From positions 310,001-374,000 of the forward strand of contig BDGG01000013.1 of assembly GCA_001949185.1 (NCBI GenBank): a DNA stretch of 64,000 nucleotides, read 5' to 3'. Numbering within the stretch: position 1 is the stretch's first letter; every line of letters begins with the position of its first letter. The notes under the pieces are model-generated. The model did no database searches. It worked only from the letters and a program-made list of their open reading frames with translations, and had not been told where the DNA came from. The DNA is from Ramazzottius varieornatus. Lineage: Eukaryota > Animalia > Tardigrada. Positions 1-13,765 of this stretch are shown here, piece by piece. The position numbers and the translations under genes are program-made.

Positions 1-197
1 GTCGGACACGTAGATCTGTTGAAGAAAGCTATGGGAAGTTCCGAGAAGCTGAACCTTACCGCCGGTGGTCTCACAGCTTGAGGGAAGGATTGTTCCTGAC
101 TTTCCTGTCGAGGGTAAAACCATTATTCACGCAGAGGTCCCTTATGGTTTCCCATCGTTGGTGATACAGGTGGTCCTGTGGAGCGCTTTGGTCAACT

Positions 198-1041
198 TCA
201 CAATGTATCGTTGTGTTTTCCGAAAGAAAACATAAAGCGTACCGGTTGTAAGACAGATTTGGCCGGCTTTCTACAGCAGATCTTAATGATCTCTCGAAGT
301 CGCTCCTCGGTTGAGTCCATGAAGCCGCGTACCGTCTTGCGTGTCGGTAAAGGCGCTCGGTAGTCCAGATGATAAATCAAGTCGTGGAAGCTTTCGTCTT
401 CGACACCATTCAGCGTCACGGATGGCGATCGCAGATCATAGAGAGCAACTTTCTGGAGTGTACTGTCGTGCCTGTAGACAATGATCAGGGATCAGATTTT
501 GCAATCGGAGTGGCCAGATCAGTCGATCAATCAATTTACCTTGGATGGTTTTTTTCGTACGGCTGTTTTGATTGAGCCACCTCTTCGAGCGTTACTTGTC
601 TGAAGTAAACGCCCGAAAGGGAATCCTTCTCCTTTCAGCTTTCTGTTTTGCCAACAGTTCGAGTTATTCCTTGTAGGCTGCTGGATGCTTCTGCAGATGA
701 ACTCTGTTATTTCCTGCAGAGCAGCCGATAAGTTGTTTCGAGCAGCCTCCAACCATGCACGTCGAATGGTCGCCTTCTTCGTCATACTTGAAGAAATTCC
801 AAACTGGTGAGTCCTTCTTCCTTCCCCCTGCAGACTGCTCCAAATTTGGAACTCCAACGTTTAGAGTTCCAACAGAAATTATCAGCTCACTGGCAGCATA
901 TGATGACGGCGGAGGAACGCAGTTCTTGGAGGATGTGGTCAAGTCCACGACGGATTCTATGGAAGACGTGTTGGTGGAAGGCTTCTGACCCATCTTATGC
1001 GTGTCGACCTTACGCTTTCCCTTGTTCTGCATCTCGACCAT
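198..1041 (-). pseudogene. Decayed hAT-superfamily transposase fragment with N-terminal BED zinc finger
   Basis: ORF 664-1041 has a BED pattern (SPVWNFF...CMVGGC...NNRVHLQKH). The downstream frame 198-419 reads VEDESFHDLIYHLDYRAPLPTRKTV, the hAT 'VEDxGFxxL...LPSRxT' segment. In-frame stops and frameshifts lie between them. Confidence 0.75.
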
Positions 1042-1914
1042 GATCGAGATGTCAGTATGAAGACTTGGAACAACACAGATTAGCGGTGGAATCTGAACGT
1101 TTCACAAAGTCACTTAAAACCTCTTCGGCTTCACTTCCGGCGATGCTTTTCTAATTTATCTCCTCGTCAAATCAATGATCAATGATACGCAATCGTAAGA
1201 GGCAAACTGCAAAAACAAGCTCCGATGTGCCAGCCTCTGAATGCGCTATAGTCCGGGGGCAGATTGGCAATGCGGGCTTGACGCTGACAGCTGTAGATTC
1301 AACCGGCGCACTTGAACTGGCAGTTTTGCAGTACTAATGCGCAATTCAAACCGACCGTAGTGTCTTATTCCGATTATGCTTATTTGAATTAAGCCCTTGT
1401 ATGATTTGAATTACGAATTAAAATACTCTGATCATTTGTCATTTGAATTTGGATTCCGATTCATATCGAAATACGTTGGCAAAAGGTTCTCAATTTGACT
1501 TGTTGTATCAGAATCCCAAAAAGGCCAAAATTAGCCATTTTCAATTATGTATTACAATAATCAACAACACTGCCCTATGGCAGTGAAGGTGATCAACTGA
1601 TCTTGACCGAGCAACGCAGCCAACATTGCCACCTGCAGAACTTGACTGGGTAAAGTATACCAGTGAGAAAAGTTAGACCTCGCTCCTCGTAGTTTTAATC
1701 TTATGCAGTTATCCTTACTGTGTTTTCTTCTGCCGATCTGGATAACATTGTGGTGTTTCCTTGTCGTCAAAACCCTGTATACCAAAGGTTTTGCTGTGTT
1801 GAGTTCGGATACTCTTGCGTGCGTGTGGCGCTGAATCCACAGAGAGTGCCCAGTGTATCCTTTGCAGGAATCGGACTTACAGTCCGGAAATACTTTATGG
1901 TTTGTGCTTGAAAG

Positions 1915-2951
1915 ATGTCTGGTCGGAGTTTCGAAAAGTTCGCGGAACTAGCATCCAAGATCATCGCGGTCGGGAAGAACTACGCAGATCATATAAAGGT
2001 GAGATCGAGCCTGACCGGAAATCTTTGAGGCTCGTCATATGACGCGCATATTTTGTATCTATCGTCGAGAGGGTAGATGACGTCAGAAGTATAGGGAGTT
2101 CAGCAGAAGCCGCGGTGACGACATGTGTTGTTTGACCGGGGTAGTATGACTTTTGCAGGAAATGGGCTACGCTGCCACTTCTGCCACCAAGAAAGGCGAG
2201 CCACTCATCTTCATGAAGCCCACCTCAGCCTTTGTTAAGGAAGGAAGCAAGATCGAGATACCTCCCGGATGTGCCAACCTTCACCACGAAGTAGAGCTGG
2301 GAGTCGTCATCGGTCGTCTGGCTAAGAAAGTGCGCGAGGAGGAAGCTATGCAGTACGTGGCTGGATACACCGTAGCGCTCGACATGACTGACAGGGATCT
2401 TCAGGCTACAGCCAAGAAGAACGGAACTCCGTGGACTATTCCGAAAGGCTTCGATACGTCGTGTCCTGTTGGGTCCTTCATCCCGAAGAAAGCTGTCCCA
2501 GATCCACACGCGTTGAGAATATGGTGCAAGGTAACTTGAAATTTGTCCCTTTTTGGACGCCCCGGTCGAAACAACTGAAATCGTTGTCATGTTTCTTTTA
2601 CATGGACCGCTGCCATGTGAAAGCATTGGTTCGCTGCAATATTTCTAACCGGGTCGGTACCTCTCGGTTTTTGGAATTCAGTGATGAAAACGGTGTTTTC
2701 CGCTTCGTTAGGTGAATGGTGAGACCCGACAGGATGGAACGACGAGTGACATGATATTTTCCATACCGTTTCTGATTAGCTACATCACGAACTACATAAC
2801 ACTGTACCCAGGGGACGTGGTGCTGACGGGGACCCCGGCTGGGGTTAGCGGCGTCAAAGAAGGCGACGTGATTGAAGCTGGTATTGGTGATCTGTCCAAA
2901 GTCAGGTTCGAAGTGGGAACGTATGAGGCTCCTGCTCAAGAAAACAATTAG
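1915..2951 (+). CDS. FAHD1: Acylpyruvase/oxaloacetate decarboxylase FAHD1 (FAH superfamily); 3 exons 1915-1998, 2159-2530, 2712-2951
   Basis: Spliced product contains [59 protein letters not shown] and [20 protein letters not shown] introns keep the frame. Confidence 0.93.
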
Positions 2952-3996
2952 AATGAGTCACATTGTGGGCCCACTTGTTGAAGCTAGGAATTTTAAGGAA
3001 GTTGGTCTGATTTTGACAAGTGCTTTTCCCGGTGCGATAGCTTTTAGAGTGATATACCTTCCCCGGGCTCACGAATTGCTTAGGGACTGTTGACGTGCAG
3101 TGCTCCTCCTTACTTACGACTGAAGAAACAAACGTTCCTTGGTGCGAGGAACTGTGTTAACGTGTTCGCTGGATGAGTTGTGCCAGAGAGACTCTCTGGT
3201 TGTTCTGTGGACTACCATACCATGGAAGACTTCAACCGTGTCTTAATCATCACTGGACATGGTTCTGTCGGCTCTTGCATGGTGTGCTCGTGGTAAAGAT
3301 CCAGACGATGCCGGACGCAAGTACATACCCTCGGGAGGGCCGCTACGTTTGTAAGGTACTGCTATTTTCCTGTATCAACTGCGATGACGCGAAGAACGAC
3401 AGCAGTTATGCAGTGGTAACGAATAATGCTTGCCCATTTTTCCGGAGCAGTTATGACTACAAAACGAGTAAGCATTCCTAGTCTTTCCGTAGCGACGTGG
3501 TCAATAACCGAAAAACAGTGAAGCTACACGTTTTTGTTGTAGAAGTGCTGAAGAAAGGGTGCTCCTCGGGGGAGCAATGGAATTACTCGTCAGAGGCCTA
3601 CTGCAGTGCATGCAGTCACAGTGCAGCGATTCCGAGTCATGCGATGAAGGTCGAACGTTGTGGTATTCCTGTAGCATTCCTGTAGCACTCCTCTTTGCAA
3701 ATCTTGGAACCTGACATCGCTTGTCGGTTTTCACCCCATACGGCGTCGGCAGCTACGACAGACACTGATTATTCAGAATATAGAGCGACAAAGATCCTTA
3801 GATTCCTTACGTGGAATTGTCCAAAAAGTCGAAAAAGGCATGAAGAACAGTTCCGTTGTTGTGATCGGCTTTCCGAAAATACTCGGCCTTTGCCATTCAT
3901 ATCCTCGTACGTATTTCTGTACTACGTTTTTGCTCTTCCTTAAATTCATCGACTCTGGGCTATGAAAATCGTAAGTCTGGCGAAAATTACAGAATA

Positions 3997-4253
3997 CAGT
4001 CCTACCTGTGAGATGTGACAGTTCAAACGCCCGATTTCAGTTCTGGACGGTACGTGTGTACACGGGCTGCTCTCTATGCTGTTCGCATGAGACCGATCAG
4101 CTGATCGGACACGCGCTTGATTACTTCATCAAGTCAAGCCATAACCGGACGTCGATCAGCTGATCGTGCTGCGTAGTGCATGGCCAGCAGTCTCGTGCAG
4201 AAACGCTGTTCGGTTGCAGAAGAAGCAATTGTCACATCTCACAGGTAGGACTG
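3997..4253. mobile_element. MITE, Tc1/pogo-type (CAGT termini, TA flanks)
   Basis: Perfect 24-bp TIR cagtcctacctgtgagatgtgaca (3997-4020) / tgtcacatctcacaggtaggactg (4230-4253), with TA on both sides; no coding capacity. Confidence 0.85.
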
Positions 4254-4648
4254 TATTAGGAAAACAGGAGAATACACTGTTTTTGAGTTATTGATTGGTT
4301 AAAGAAGAAATTTGACCTTGCAACTGGGAAAGCCCGGGGAAACTGGGCGTTTGACCTGTTGCCCTTTTTCTCGTCGATCACCAATCAATCGACAACCTTG
4401 TGTCTTTTCCATCGTGATCATTTTTCTCGTCCTTTTCATCGATTTCTGGATCTTTTCTCGTTCTGCGCCTTCCCTTATAAGTCGTATTCATATCCGCACA
4501 GTCATAAGGACAATATTCCTCATCCATCTAGAACATCCTTCTCAGCAGTCATCGTGTGGTCACATGTAGCTCGGGAGACGAATCTTCGCTGTAGCCTGTT
4601 AATAACTTCGGATTTCAAAGATAGATTTCCGTTAAAGATCCCGAAGCT

Positions 4649-6451
4649 ATGGTGGTTCTGACGGCATCCTCGGTAAGCCCGCTTTCATTGATGTGTTCCG
4701 TATCCAGGATGTTCTCCGAACAGTAAGGAGCAGACTGTTACAATACGAGATCACAGCACCCAAAAATCATGCCCGAGTGGCGGCGCGTTGCGCATGATGT
4801 CAGTGTACGCAGTGAAAAACTCAATGTTGAAGCTGAAAACGTGTTATATCATGCGCGGATGTGGCTGGGTGAAGGAACTTGTCAAACGTTGTGTTTTGCA
4901 GGTTCTATCTCGCGCTCGTGTGTCGGACCTTCGCAGCGTCGTCAAGCTCAATGTCTGGTACGTCCTTACGTACTCAAATATGTACCTCCCCTGTTTATTT
5001 CAGTGCTGTTTCATTGTAGGGGCTGCAGTTTGAGCGACGTGTCCATCATCGAACAGTGTACCAACCTGCAAGTCTTCTCCGCCAGGTGAGCCCCTTCTTG
5101 CTCTCGATTCTTCCTTTCGATGGACGAATGTTAACCTGCTTTTCCTTTATCAGTTGTAATGAGATAACGTCGCTAGAGGCATTCACGTCCTGTCGCAACC
5201 TACAGGAGCTGTACATTCGAGAGAATCACATCGAAGACATCCATCAGGTTCAGTTCCTGGCTCAACTACCTTCCCTCAGGATCCTCTGGCTAGCCGGCAA
5301 CCCTTGCTGCCAACGCTTCGGCGGCAACGATGAACTGTATCGTCTGTGGGTGTTAAAGCACCTTCCCCGGCTTGAACGTTTGGATAACCTCGGTAAGAAC
5401 CCCTGATTTTGGTCTGCTGATTTACGGAAAAGATTTTGTACTGTTTTCAGAAATCCAACCTGCGGAAAGATCTCGAGCAAGAGAGATCAGCGGGGACCTT
5501 CCGAGTATAGGTCGAGCGGTGACGCCGCAGTCGGAACATGTTCCGCAGCCCATCCCGGTGGTCGATTCGACGACGATGCAGCGACCTACAATGTCACCGC
5601 TGAGGAATGTGGCGAAGACACCAACCGGAAGTGCCCCCAGTGTGGTGATGTCTCCGGTGTCCGGTCAACTTGACACCTCTTCATCAAGGTTCGTTGTTAT
5701 TCGCTTTGCCTCATGCGTAGAAAAAAATTAGTCGAGGAAAATCGAAAAGTCAAATATGGGGCTCGACTATCTCGGCAAGATTGTTTTTTGGCGGCGCACT
5801 GTATTGCGGTACACGTGCGCCACTTGAGAAAATAATGAGACTCGACAAGAGCGTGTTTCCCAGTGGCGCACGATTGCCGCCTATAACTTCGAACACATGC
5901 GCGACTTTGGGAAGACGGTATAATCGAGTTTGTGTACCGAACTGTCGAATGATTTTGCAGTATCGAGTGCTATCATTCAAGATTCAGTATCCCCATGAGC
6001 TGATGGCGTGTTATGTTCATGTGATGCTTCTCTGGTGTTGTAGGTCAGGTGCGTCCGTGACCGTGAGGCCGGATACGAGGTTAACGCTGTCGTCGGGTTC
6101 GACGACCAGCAGGCGGCCTGCTCGCAACCACGCTCATTATGAGCCGGAAGGAGACTCGCTGGCGGTGGATAATGAGGCCTTGCATACAGATTCGAGGGTC
6201 GCAACCCCGCTGGCTGAGCTACCGAATCCTGGAACACTTGCGTCCACGAAAAGCAAACTTCGGGTAAGACCAGAACGATAGTGATACTGTTTTAGTTTTC
6301 TGGAAACAGAACTTGATCTTGAGAGCATTTCCTCGTTTTTCAGAACGTGAATATCCTGAGTGCGGCCTTGACTTTGGTGAAAGAATTGGACGTCGAGAGC
6401 TTGCAGATCTTACAGATGGAAATTCACCAACGCCTGCAGAATGCTACTTAG
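4649..6451 (+). CDS. CFAP410: Cilia- and flagella-associated protein 410 (C21orf2), LRR protein; multi-exon
   Basis: Spliced N-terminus MVVLTASS|VLSRARVSDLRSVVKLNVW|GCSLSDVSII...LQELYIRENHI...LRILWLAGNPCC...YRLWVLKHLPRLERLDN. The C-terminal helix NILSAALTLVKELDVESLQIL matches the family's conserved tail. Confidence 0.9.
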
Positions 6452-7027
6452 TAAAGGCTAGAATTTGCGCTTCTAAACGAAATGACTGTAATACGCAAAA
6501 GAATTAGAGTTTTTCGGTTTGCTGTAGTTTTTTGTTCGAACTTTTCATTTCTGTGGATGTACGACGGTGGATAGTTTTGGCTTGTTGTCTCGCTTTTCTG
6601 TTGTCTTTCCGTCGAGCAAGAATCTCTGCTTTTCTACGGCTGCTACAACTTTGTCATTCCGCTCTTTTTCCATTAAACCGGTCGTGAGTTTGCGAGTCAG
6701 ATCGCTTTTAGAATTTTTACTGGTTGTGTTCTGCTACAGACGTTTCGACCTCGTCAAAGAAGTCTTCAGAGCAGTTGCAATCACGTGCTGAATTCACGTT
6801 ATTAATAGAAAGCCAACAGGCAGACCGCTTGGCTAACGCTGTTCTTTTTCTGTTCAAGCATTATTAGCCGTTGCCGAGTTCATAGTACCTTTTCGTCGGG
6901 AAAAAATGACGATTGTGTGTAAAGAGAGCGCTTCTCTACTCGCGGAGAAAAGTATTTTCGTAGGAATTTTCGTAGGAAGTTCCGAGTCGTAGTTTTCTCG
7001 TGTGTGAATGGCGCTTACGGCGGCTCT

Positions 7028-9324
7028 CTAACACGAAGTAAATTTAAAGTCGGTGGCCGGCAGTATCTTTCCTTGGCAAGTCCCAAATCCTATTCGATAC
7101 TTCCCATTGTCGCAGTAACCCTTCAGCGTAACGATATCGTCGTCTTTGAGGTAAGCTCGGGTGAGACCGTTGCCCAGATCCAAAGGTGCCTTCCCACCCC
7201 ACGAGAGCTCCAGCAGCGAACCACGAGAGTCTTTCGTCTGTAACAAACCGCGTCTGATACTTGTTTCCAGAATCCTCGTTCCGAATTGCAAACAAAGAGA
7301 AAACTGTACCTAAATGTGACTTACCGGTCCACTAATGGTCCCACTTCCCAGCAAGTCCCCGGGACGAACATTGCAACCGTTACTAGTATGATGAGCAAGC
7401 TGTTGCTTCATGGTCCAATACATGTGCTGCAAAATCCAAATTGATTCGATTGTATTCGACCGAATTTGTCAGGATGAACGACTGAGAAAAAATTCACGAT
7501 ACTTTTTGTACCTTGAAGTTTGATTTGGATATGATGCGAGGTTCTGGAATGTCACTTCCTTGTAGGAGAACCTCCAACTCGATGTCGAAGTTGAATTGAT
7601 CTTGGTGCTGGAGATAGGGAAGGACCTTGGGGCTTTGAGAAACATTATCGACCAGGAAAGGTTTCAGCGCAGCCATTGGGACGACCCACGGGGATATGGA
7701 CGTGCTGAAGCTTTTACCGAGGAAAGGTCCGAGCGGTTGATATTCCCACTTCTGAATATCTCTTGCTGCGAGAAAAGATATTGCATAAAATGGGAGTTCG
7801 ACAGACAAATTCGACCGGATCCTTCCCCCCAAGTGGCGCACTTGTCCGACCAATATCACTGAGAACGTGCGCCACTTAGGGAAACAGTCTGAATTAGTCG
7901 AGTTCGTTTGTCGGAATGCCGCATACTGAACGGTTTTGTCACTTTTGCGCACTGTGGAAGGGTCAGACATACCACTCCAGTCATTCATGAGGACCATGCC
8001 AAAAATATGGTCTTCGGCTTTCTCGATGGGTATTGGAGTGCCCAAAGTGTTCCCGGGTCCGATGAAGAAGGCCATTTCCAGCTCGATGTCCAGAGCCTTC
8101 GATGGACCAAAAACTGGTGGCTGATCTACGATAACAGTGTGTTTTAGAAACCGCGCACGGGATGTAATATACGGCGAACCTTCTTGTGGATGAGTTTGAC
8201 CATTGGGTCTCCGAACTTCGGTTCCAGAGATGACGATCGAGGAGGCTCGACCATGGTATCCGATAGGTAAATGCAACCCGAAACGAGAGGCTCAATTTGA
8301 AATCTCGATTTACCATGAGGGAATTATAAATAATCAGGATATCGGCAAAACGAAACGCGCAAGATGGTTATTCTAAGTGGCGCACTTAAGATCTTAAGAT
8401 CAGGGTGCGCCACTTAAGATCCCGATACTATTTGTTTCATTTGACGATCTCCAGAGTTTCGTGAATGACTCGCTGGAACTACCAGTTGGGCGGAAGAGCA
8501 TTGGCTTTTCCGCGGAACATTTCCCCCACGTTTTCGGCGTGTTCTTTCGAAGAGTAGAAATCAGTGTAGTCGCCGATATCGGCGGGAAGATGCATACGGG
8601 CTTCTGACTGCTTGGCAAACGCCCTGAAAATAAAAGCTAGTCTTTTCTGAATTGTAATGTCCGCCAGACTGTTCGGAATAGCGTTCGTCTCTACCGAAAA
8701 CGGAGGTCCTCATCGTGGCGTAACGCCGATTTCTCTGTCGTCAGAAGTTCTTGAATGGTCTTGCGGGCTGCGTTCCATGCTGCTGGTCCCAGGCTCATGA
8801 ATCCGTTTAGAGTAGTCTGCGGGAAAGGAATAAAGCCATTGGCAGAGTCAGTAAGAATTGCACTTCGGTTTACGGGCGGTAAGTGCACAGTAAAGAACCA
8901 CGCTGGAAACAATCCCAATTTTCCGAGGAAAAATTAATAAGGTGTGTCAGCTTTCTTACTTGAGAAAAGACAGACTGTCCATCCAGTACGAAGGACGAAG
9001 CGTTCAGGAACTTGTCACGAATTGCGGACAGGTCCAGAATGAGATCGCCAATCGCAACTCCGATTCTTTTCCTTGGCTGCAAGTAAAGTATCGTTTTAAA
9101 TTTTACACAAAGTTGCAGTGCGAGTGAATGGTATATGTGAATAGTTTCATATTTTGGCGGCTGACTCCAGTTTATTCAGCGCACTGTAAATTACTAAATT
9201 GCAAGTGAGCTTTACGCTGGTAACTTACGTTGGCCGAAGTGCTGAAAACTCCATACGGCAAGTTGTGAATCGTAAAATCCGAACTGTCGTCCACAGGAAC
9301 AAAAGACCGCATTGTGGCATCCAT
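7028..9324 (-). CDS. FAH: Fumarylacetoacetase; multi-exon (start ATG at 9324 or 9312)
   Basis: Motifs [57 protein letters not shown]|[30 protein letters not shown] and [14 protein letters not shown]. Confidence 0.95.
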
Positions 9325-10319
9325 GAAAAGCAGCAGGACTTCACAACAAATTTGCCACGAGAAAAGCGCAGGTGCAACGGAAGCTGGTCGTTACTCCGAG
9401 CTGGAAGATGTAAGCCTATATCACAGAATATTAATAACGTGTGTATTCGATTACATGCTTCGCAGCTGGACGAGTCACGAGAATGCTTTGCTTCTTTTTC
9501 TCTGACTGAGAAGTGTGAACGATGATGTTATCAGCTGCACCGTGTAGCACTATCTAATCTTCATTCACCATCTCTCCTGACTCGGCAGTTTATTTTACAG
9601 GAAGGATGTATAGTACCAGGAAGATTCAAAGCTTCGATATGGAGTCCAGTGGTTACTCTCCTAGCATCCTGGACTCTTTTGTTTATTGTTCCCGGGCGCA
9701 GTTTGACCCGCCCCCGGGGAAGCTGAGAGTCATGACCGTGACGTGCATTACGGCCTGTAAGTCCCCCTTCGCACGCGAAATACGGGGACCAGCCGGATAG
9801 AAGGGTTTGGGGGGTTGAAAAGACGGCACTTTCCTCAGCTCAAAAACAGCACCTTCGGTGACGAAATATTACCCCCACAAAAGATGTTGTCAAAACAGAG
9901 CTTCGTCGGGGAGAAAGCCCACGTCTTGTCTGCACTTTAACTTTTAATTAATGTACACGACCACAAACATCTAAAACAAATAATACCAAAGTTTCTGAAG
10001 TCATTGAAGTAAGAAGAATCTTCAAAACCAGCTCGAAAACGGGCACAAAACAAAGAACTGTCGAAAGGGGAACTCGTATGACTTTTGCGTCCTAGTTTTG
10101 ATCGACTTGATTGGTAGTGTGGCTTAACAAATTCGAGCCAGTTTGTTTCAGATTCTTTTCTCATCTTCCTTCAGCCTTCCTGACTCCTGAGTGCATTCCA
10201 GCCTTCCCCTAATTTTACTCCTGTACGGGCGGGAAGAAGCGGATTCGGGGATGTATCTGCAATAGTCTCTACGTCTCAAGCTTTGGACTGCAAAGCTCAG
10301 GAGGCCAGGACGACCGTCC

Positions 10320-13300
10320 ATGGCGTCCAGTCTAAGCGACCACGATCCTGAGGAAGTCCCACGTCCAGCCCGTCCCCGGATGGATTCTTTAGCGCCATCC
10401 TTGCCTGCACGGATAATTGTCAAGACCAAGACATCTCCCGGTGCATTATCCAGTCTGGGCGCCAGTAGCCGCTATCGTAACTCCGGCAATCCGTGGGATG
10501 AATTCAGGGAAGATGGCCTGAAAGATCGCCTTGCTGGTTCGTGTTGATTTATTGATTCATTTTGCATCACCCTCTTTTAGATGCGCACTTTGCTGGAAAA
10601 CGCTGGCGTCACCACATTTGATTCCCTGCAGGTGCTTCAGACTCGAAAAGCACAGCAGAGCTTTCCGGACACTTCAACGACCGAAGGATCGTAGCCCTTT
10701 CGGGAAAGAAGGCTGCCCGGTCACATGATGCAGAGCCATACTCCGAACCAGCCTTGAACGCCAAACGCTTTCGTAACATCTTCCGAACCGTCTCACAAGA
10801 ATGGAGAAACAGTCCGTCGTTAGCTCGTCCTGTCGTCAGAGAGCTCAACTTGTCTTTCATGTTGCTCCAGCGACAACTTCCTGGTGTCTTCGGTCACGTC
10901 CTGCGCGGAAATCCTACCATGGTTCGTATTTGCCTGTATTCACTGTTCGACGCAAAACGTAATGGCTCGTACAAGTTCTTACGTAATAGTTTTTACGTCA
11001 TGCGTGGATTGATGTGTAGTATGTAAAAGCGACTGTACCCTCAGGGCCGTGTTCGGTTTTAACTGCCTTCGGACAGGCCGTGCCTGCTTACTTCTTGGTT
11101 GAGTTTGATTCCGGTGCTTGTCCTTCATTCTGTTCACGTACCGTATTGCTCTTCTAGATTACTCCCATGCTAAACAGCGAAATCTATACAGCGGTGACAC
11201 CGAACTACTCCGTCCTGGAAGTGCAGCATCCAGCCATTTTCCTGAAGAAGTTCTCCCTGGATGGTCGTTACTTCGTGGGGTTCAGTTCGGATTTGCACTG
11301 TGTGCACATTTACAAGTATCAAAGTGTGGTAGCAACAGGTGTTCTCTTCGGTGACACCCGTTACGGTATCTTCAGCAGCGCCTTCGCAGACTCCAGTCAA
11401 CATGTCCTGCAGCGCGATGCCTGGAAAGCCCTCTTTCGGGATCGCTTCCGGGTGAAACTGATTCCGGATGATCAAGTCACGACGACGATATGCCGAGACT
11501 TCATTCTTTTCACCACGGACAGCCGGTTTGTCTTGACCGGTAAACACAACCTCCATTCTGACTTTTTAACAAAAAAGAATCGAACTATTGGAAAATCGAT
11601 ACTATATAGTGGTCCAGTTTTCCCCTCACCTGCATACGCCGATTTGGACACACCTCACAGTATGGCTGTATGCAGGTGATTGATATCTCGGTTTTTCACT
11701 TCTGTCGTGCATCTGCACACAGCATGTCGTGCCTTGGTCGAAGAAGGGATGAGTATACAGGTTCGTGTCGACGACTTGTAATGTTTCCGTCCCTTCATTC
11801 TTTGCAGCAACGACGGGAACCTGTGATTTGGACGACGAATCTGGCCCGGAAGTGCACCGCACCAACGAGTCTCTTCCCTTCTGCGCACGAGCTCCTCTGG
11901 AAGACTTCAACTTTTACCTTCTAGCCTTGGACACAGGTCGTGTGACTGATCAGCTAGACTTCAAGGCCGACAAGATCCCAGTGGCCAACGGGGGAGTTTA
12001 CCTCCAGCAAGACACCCTGTATATCCTCTCCACTCAGCACCAGAACATCTACTCCTTTACGCTGACGGAGGATGGCAAGTTCGTTCCGCAACGGATTTGG
12101 GGCCAATACTGCTTCGGCGAACAAGGACCTGGTCAGGCGTGGTGGAACGACATCTATAAGGTACGAAATCGCAGAGAATACAAAAGCTTGTTAATTTCAC
12201 CCACCTGCATACACTTGATCACGCTGTTACCGTATGAAAAAGTAGGCAGGTGCGTGAAATAACTCTGAAGAGCCCCTCACATACCTGCATGCAACGTATA
12301 GGGATGTTGGTATTCAGAGCGGTATGCAGTTATGTGAGACAATTGACCGAATCGCCTGTCACGCACCGGCATACACTTGAAAGGTTAGTTGGTGCCGTGG
12401 TATTAGTATGCAGGTTCGCGAACGGCGTTTTTCAGGTTCCTTATGGATTTCGAAGCCTAGTTACGTTGTCCATCAAGTTGAACGATGATTTTTGGCTGCT
12501 TTCAGGACGTAGTTCCAGCTCACGAAGTTTTCCTATCGACAATGACGCAGAAATTCCTCATGGCGCTCTTCCGCATGGCCCACAAAGAATCGACCGCAGC
12601 CAAGTCCTCTTTCGCTCTAGTCGAGTTCCACAGCAAAGCCATGTTCTACCGTCGCATGAAAATGTGGAAGTTCCAGCTGATGGAGTCGAGCCCAGAGGAA
12701 CCCCGTATGCTGATCAAGTGGGCGCCGGAGGAAGTGGTGTCGGGCAAAGCTTCCGATGCCTCGCACTACCCGCAGTACTTGACCTTCTTCGAAGCGGAGC
12801 GCTGCCACTTTTCGGCCATCTTTGACCATCGCGAGGAGAGGATGCTGAAGATTGCCGAAGAGTACAGAGATGCGCTGCATAACGCACCGGCACAGCATCC
12901 GGAGTTCAGAATGGAAGCGTTTCACTCGCGGGCTGTGTATGAGAAAGCCAAGCTGACTTTGATGGCAAAGTATATCAAACTCTGTGCCGCTCTTCTTTCA
13001 TATATGTCCTTGCTGATTCTTCTTATCTTTCCAGGACCAATAGTACCATGCAGGATACGTGCGTGAAACTTCTCTCACAGTTGCCCATCGCTTGTCAGAG
13101 CTTCTCGCCAAGTCCCTACGTCGATATGGCCCTCTTCCTGTACGACACCAACCAGATTTCGCCGGCGATGAACCTCAGAACCAAAGGCGACGATCCTATC
13201 CGGTAATTGAACAACGCAAACGCAGGTGGTTCTTTGAAGTAGAAGGTTCACTCGTAATGAAACTCCAGCGGACAACATTGTGAAAGCGCTTCACATACCT

Positions 13301-13765
13301 GCATACAAGCAAATGCTTAAACAGTAGACGGAACAGTCCGTGGTTTGTGAAAGACTTACGAAATAGTCCCTCACGTACCTACATACAATTCGGTGTCAGC
13401 GTTGTCTCATGAGGTGGTATGCAGGTTAGTGGAAAGAGCGTCGGTTTGTAAAAAATTACGTTCCTGCATACCCCCTGTGATGCTTTTGACACATGAAGTG
13501 GTATGCAGGTCTGTGATTTTGGTGCCGTACAGTGCAAAATGTAGAGATTTGATGGCGGTTCATTCCGTTTAGGTTTTACCAACGCTCGACGGGCACCTTA
13601 AGTTTCACCTTGCTGACATCGCGACAACTTGGCGGTGGTCGGCGCAACAAGCGTTATGTGACGCATATTTTTCATCCTTACGAACCGCTGATCATGACGG
13701 CGGAGAAGCCGGGTCAGCAGCTGATGGAGTCCGAGTTGCATCTCCATCTTCCACGACCCACTTGA
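10320..13765 (+). CDS. DET1: De-etiolated 1 homolog (CUL4-DDB1/COP1 partner); multi-exon
   Basis: Motifs PNYSVLEVQHPAIFLKKFSLDGRYFVGFSSD, RTNESLP...PLEDFNFYLLALDTGRVTDQLDFKADKI, ILSTQHQNI, MKMWKFQLM and IFHPYEP. The start codon assignment is less certain. Confidence 0.88.

Noticed and set aside
1915-2951. Bacterial origin or contamination for FAHD1/FAH
   Set aside because: Both genes have canonical spliceosomal introns and sit among metazoan genes.
12200-12420. CRISPR-like repeat/spacer appearance of the intronic hairpin arrays
   Set aside because: Arms are inverted and degenerate rather than direct identical repeats; the context is eukaryotic introns and there are no cas genes.
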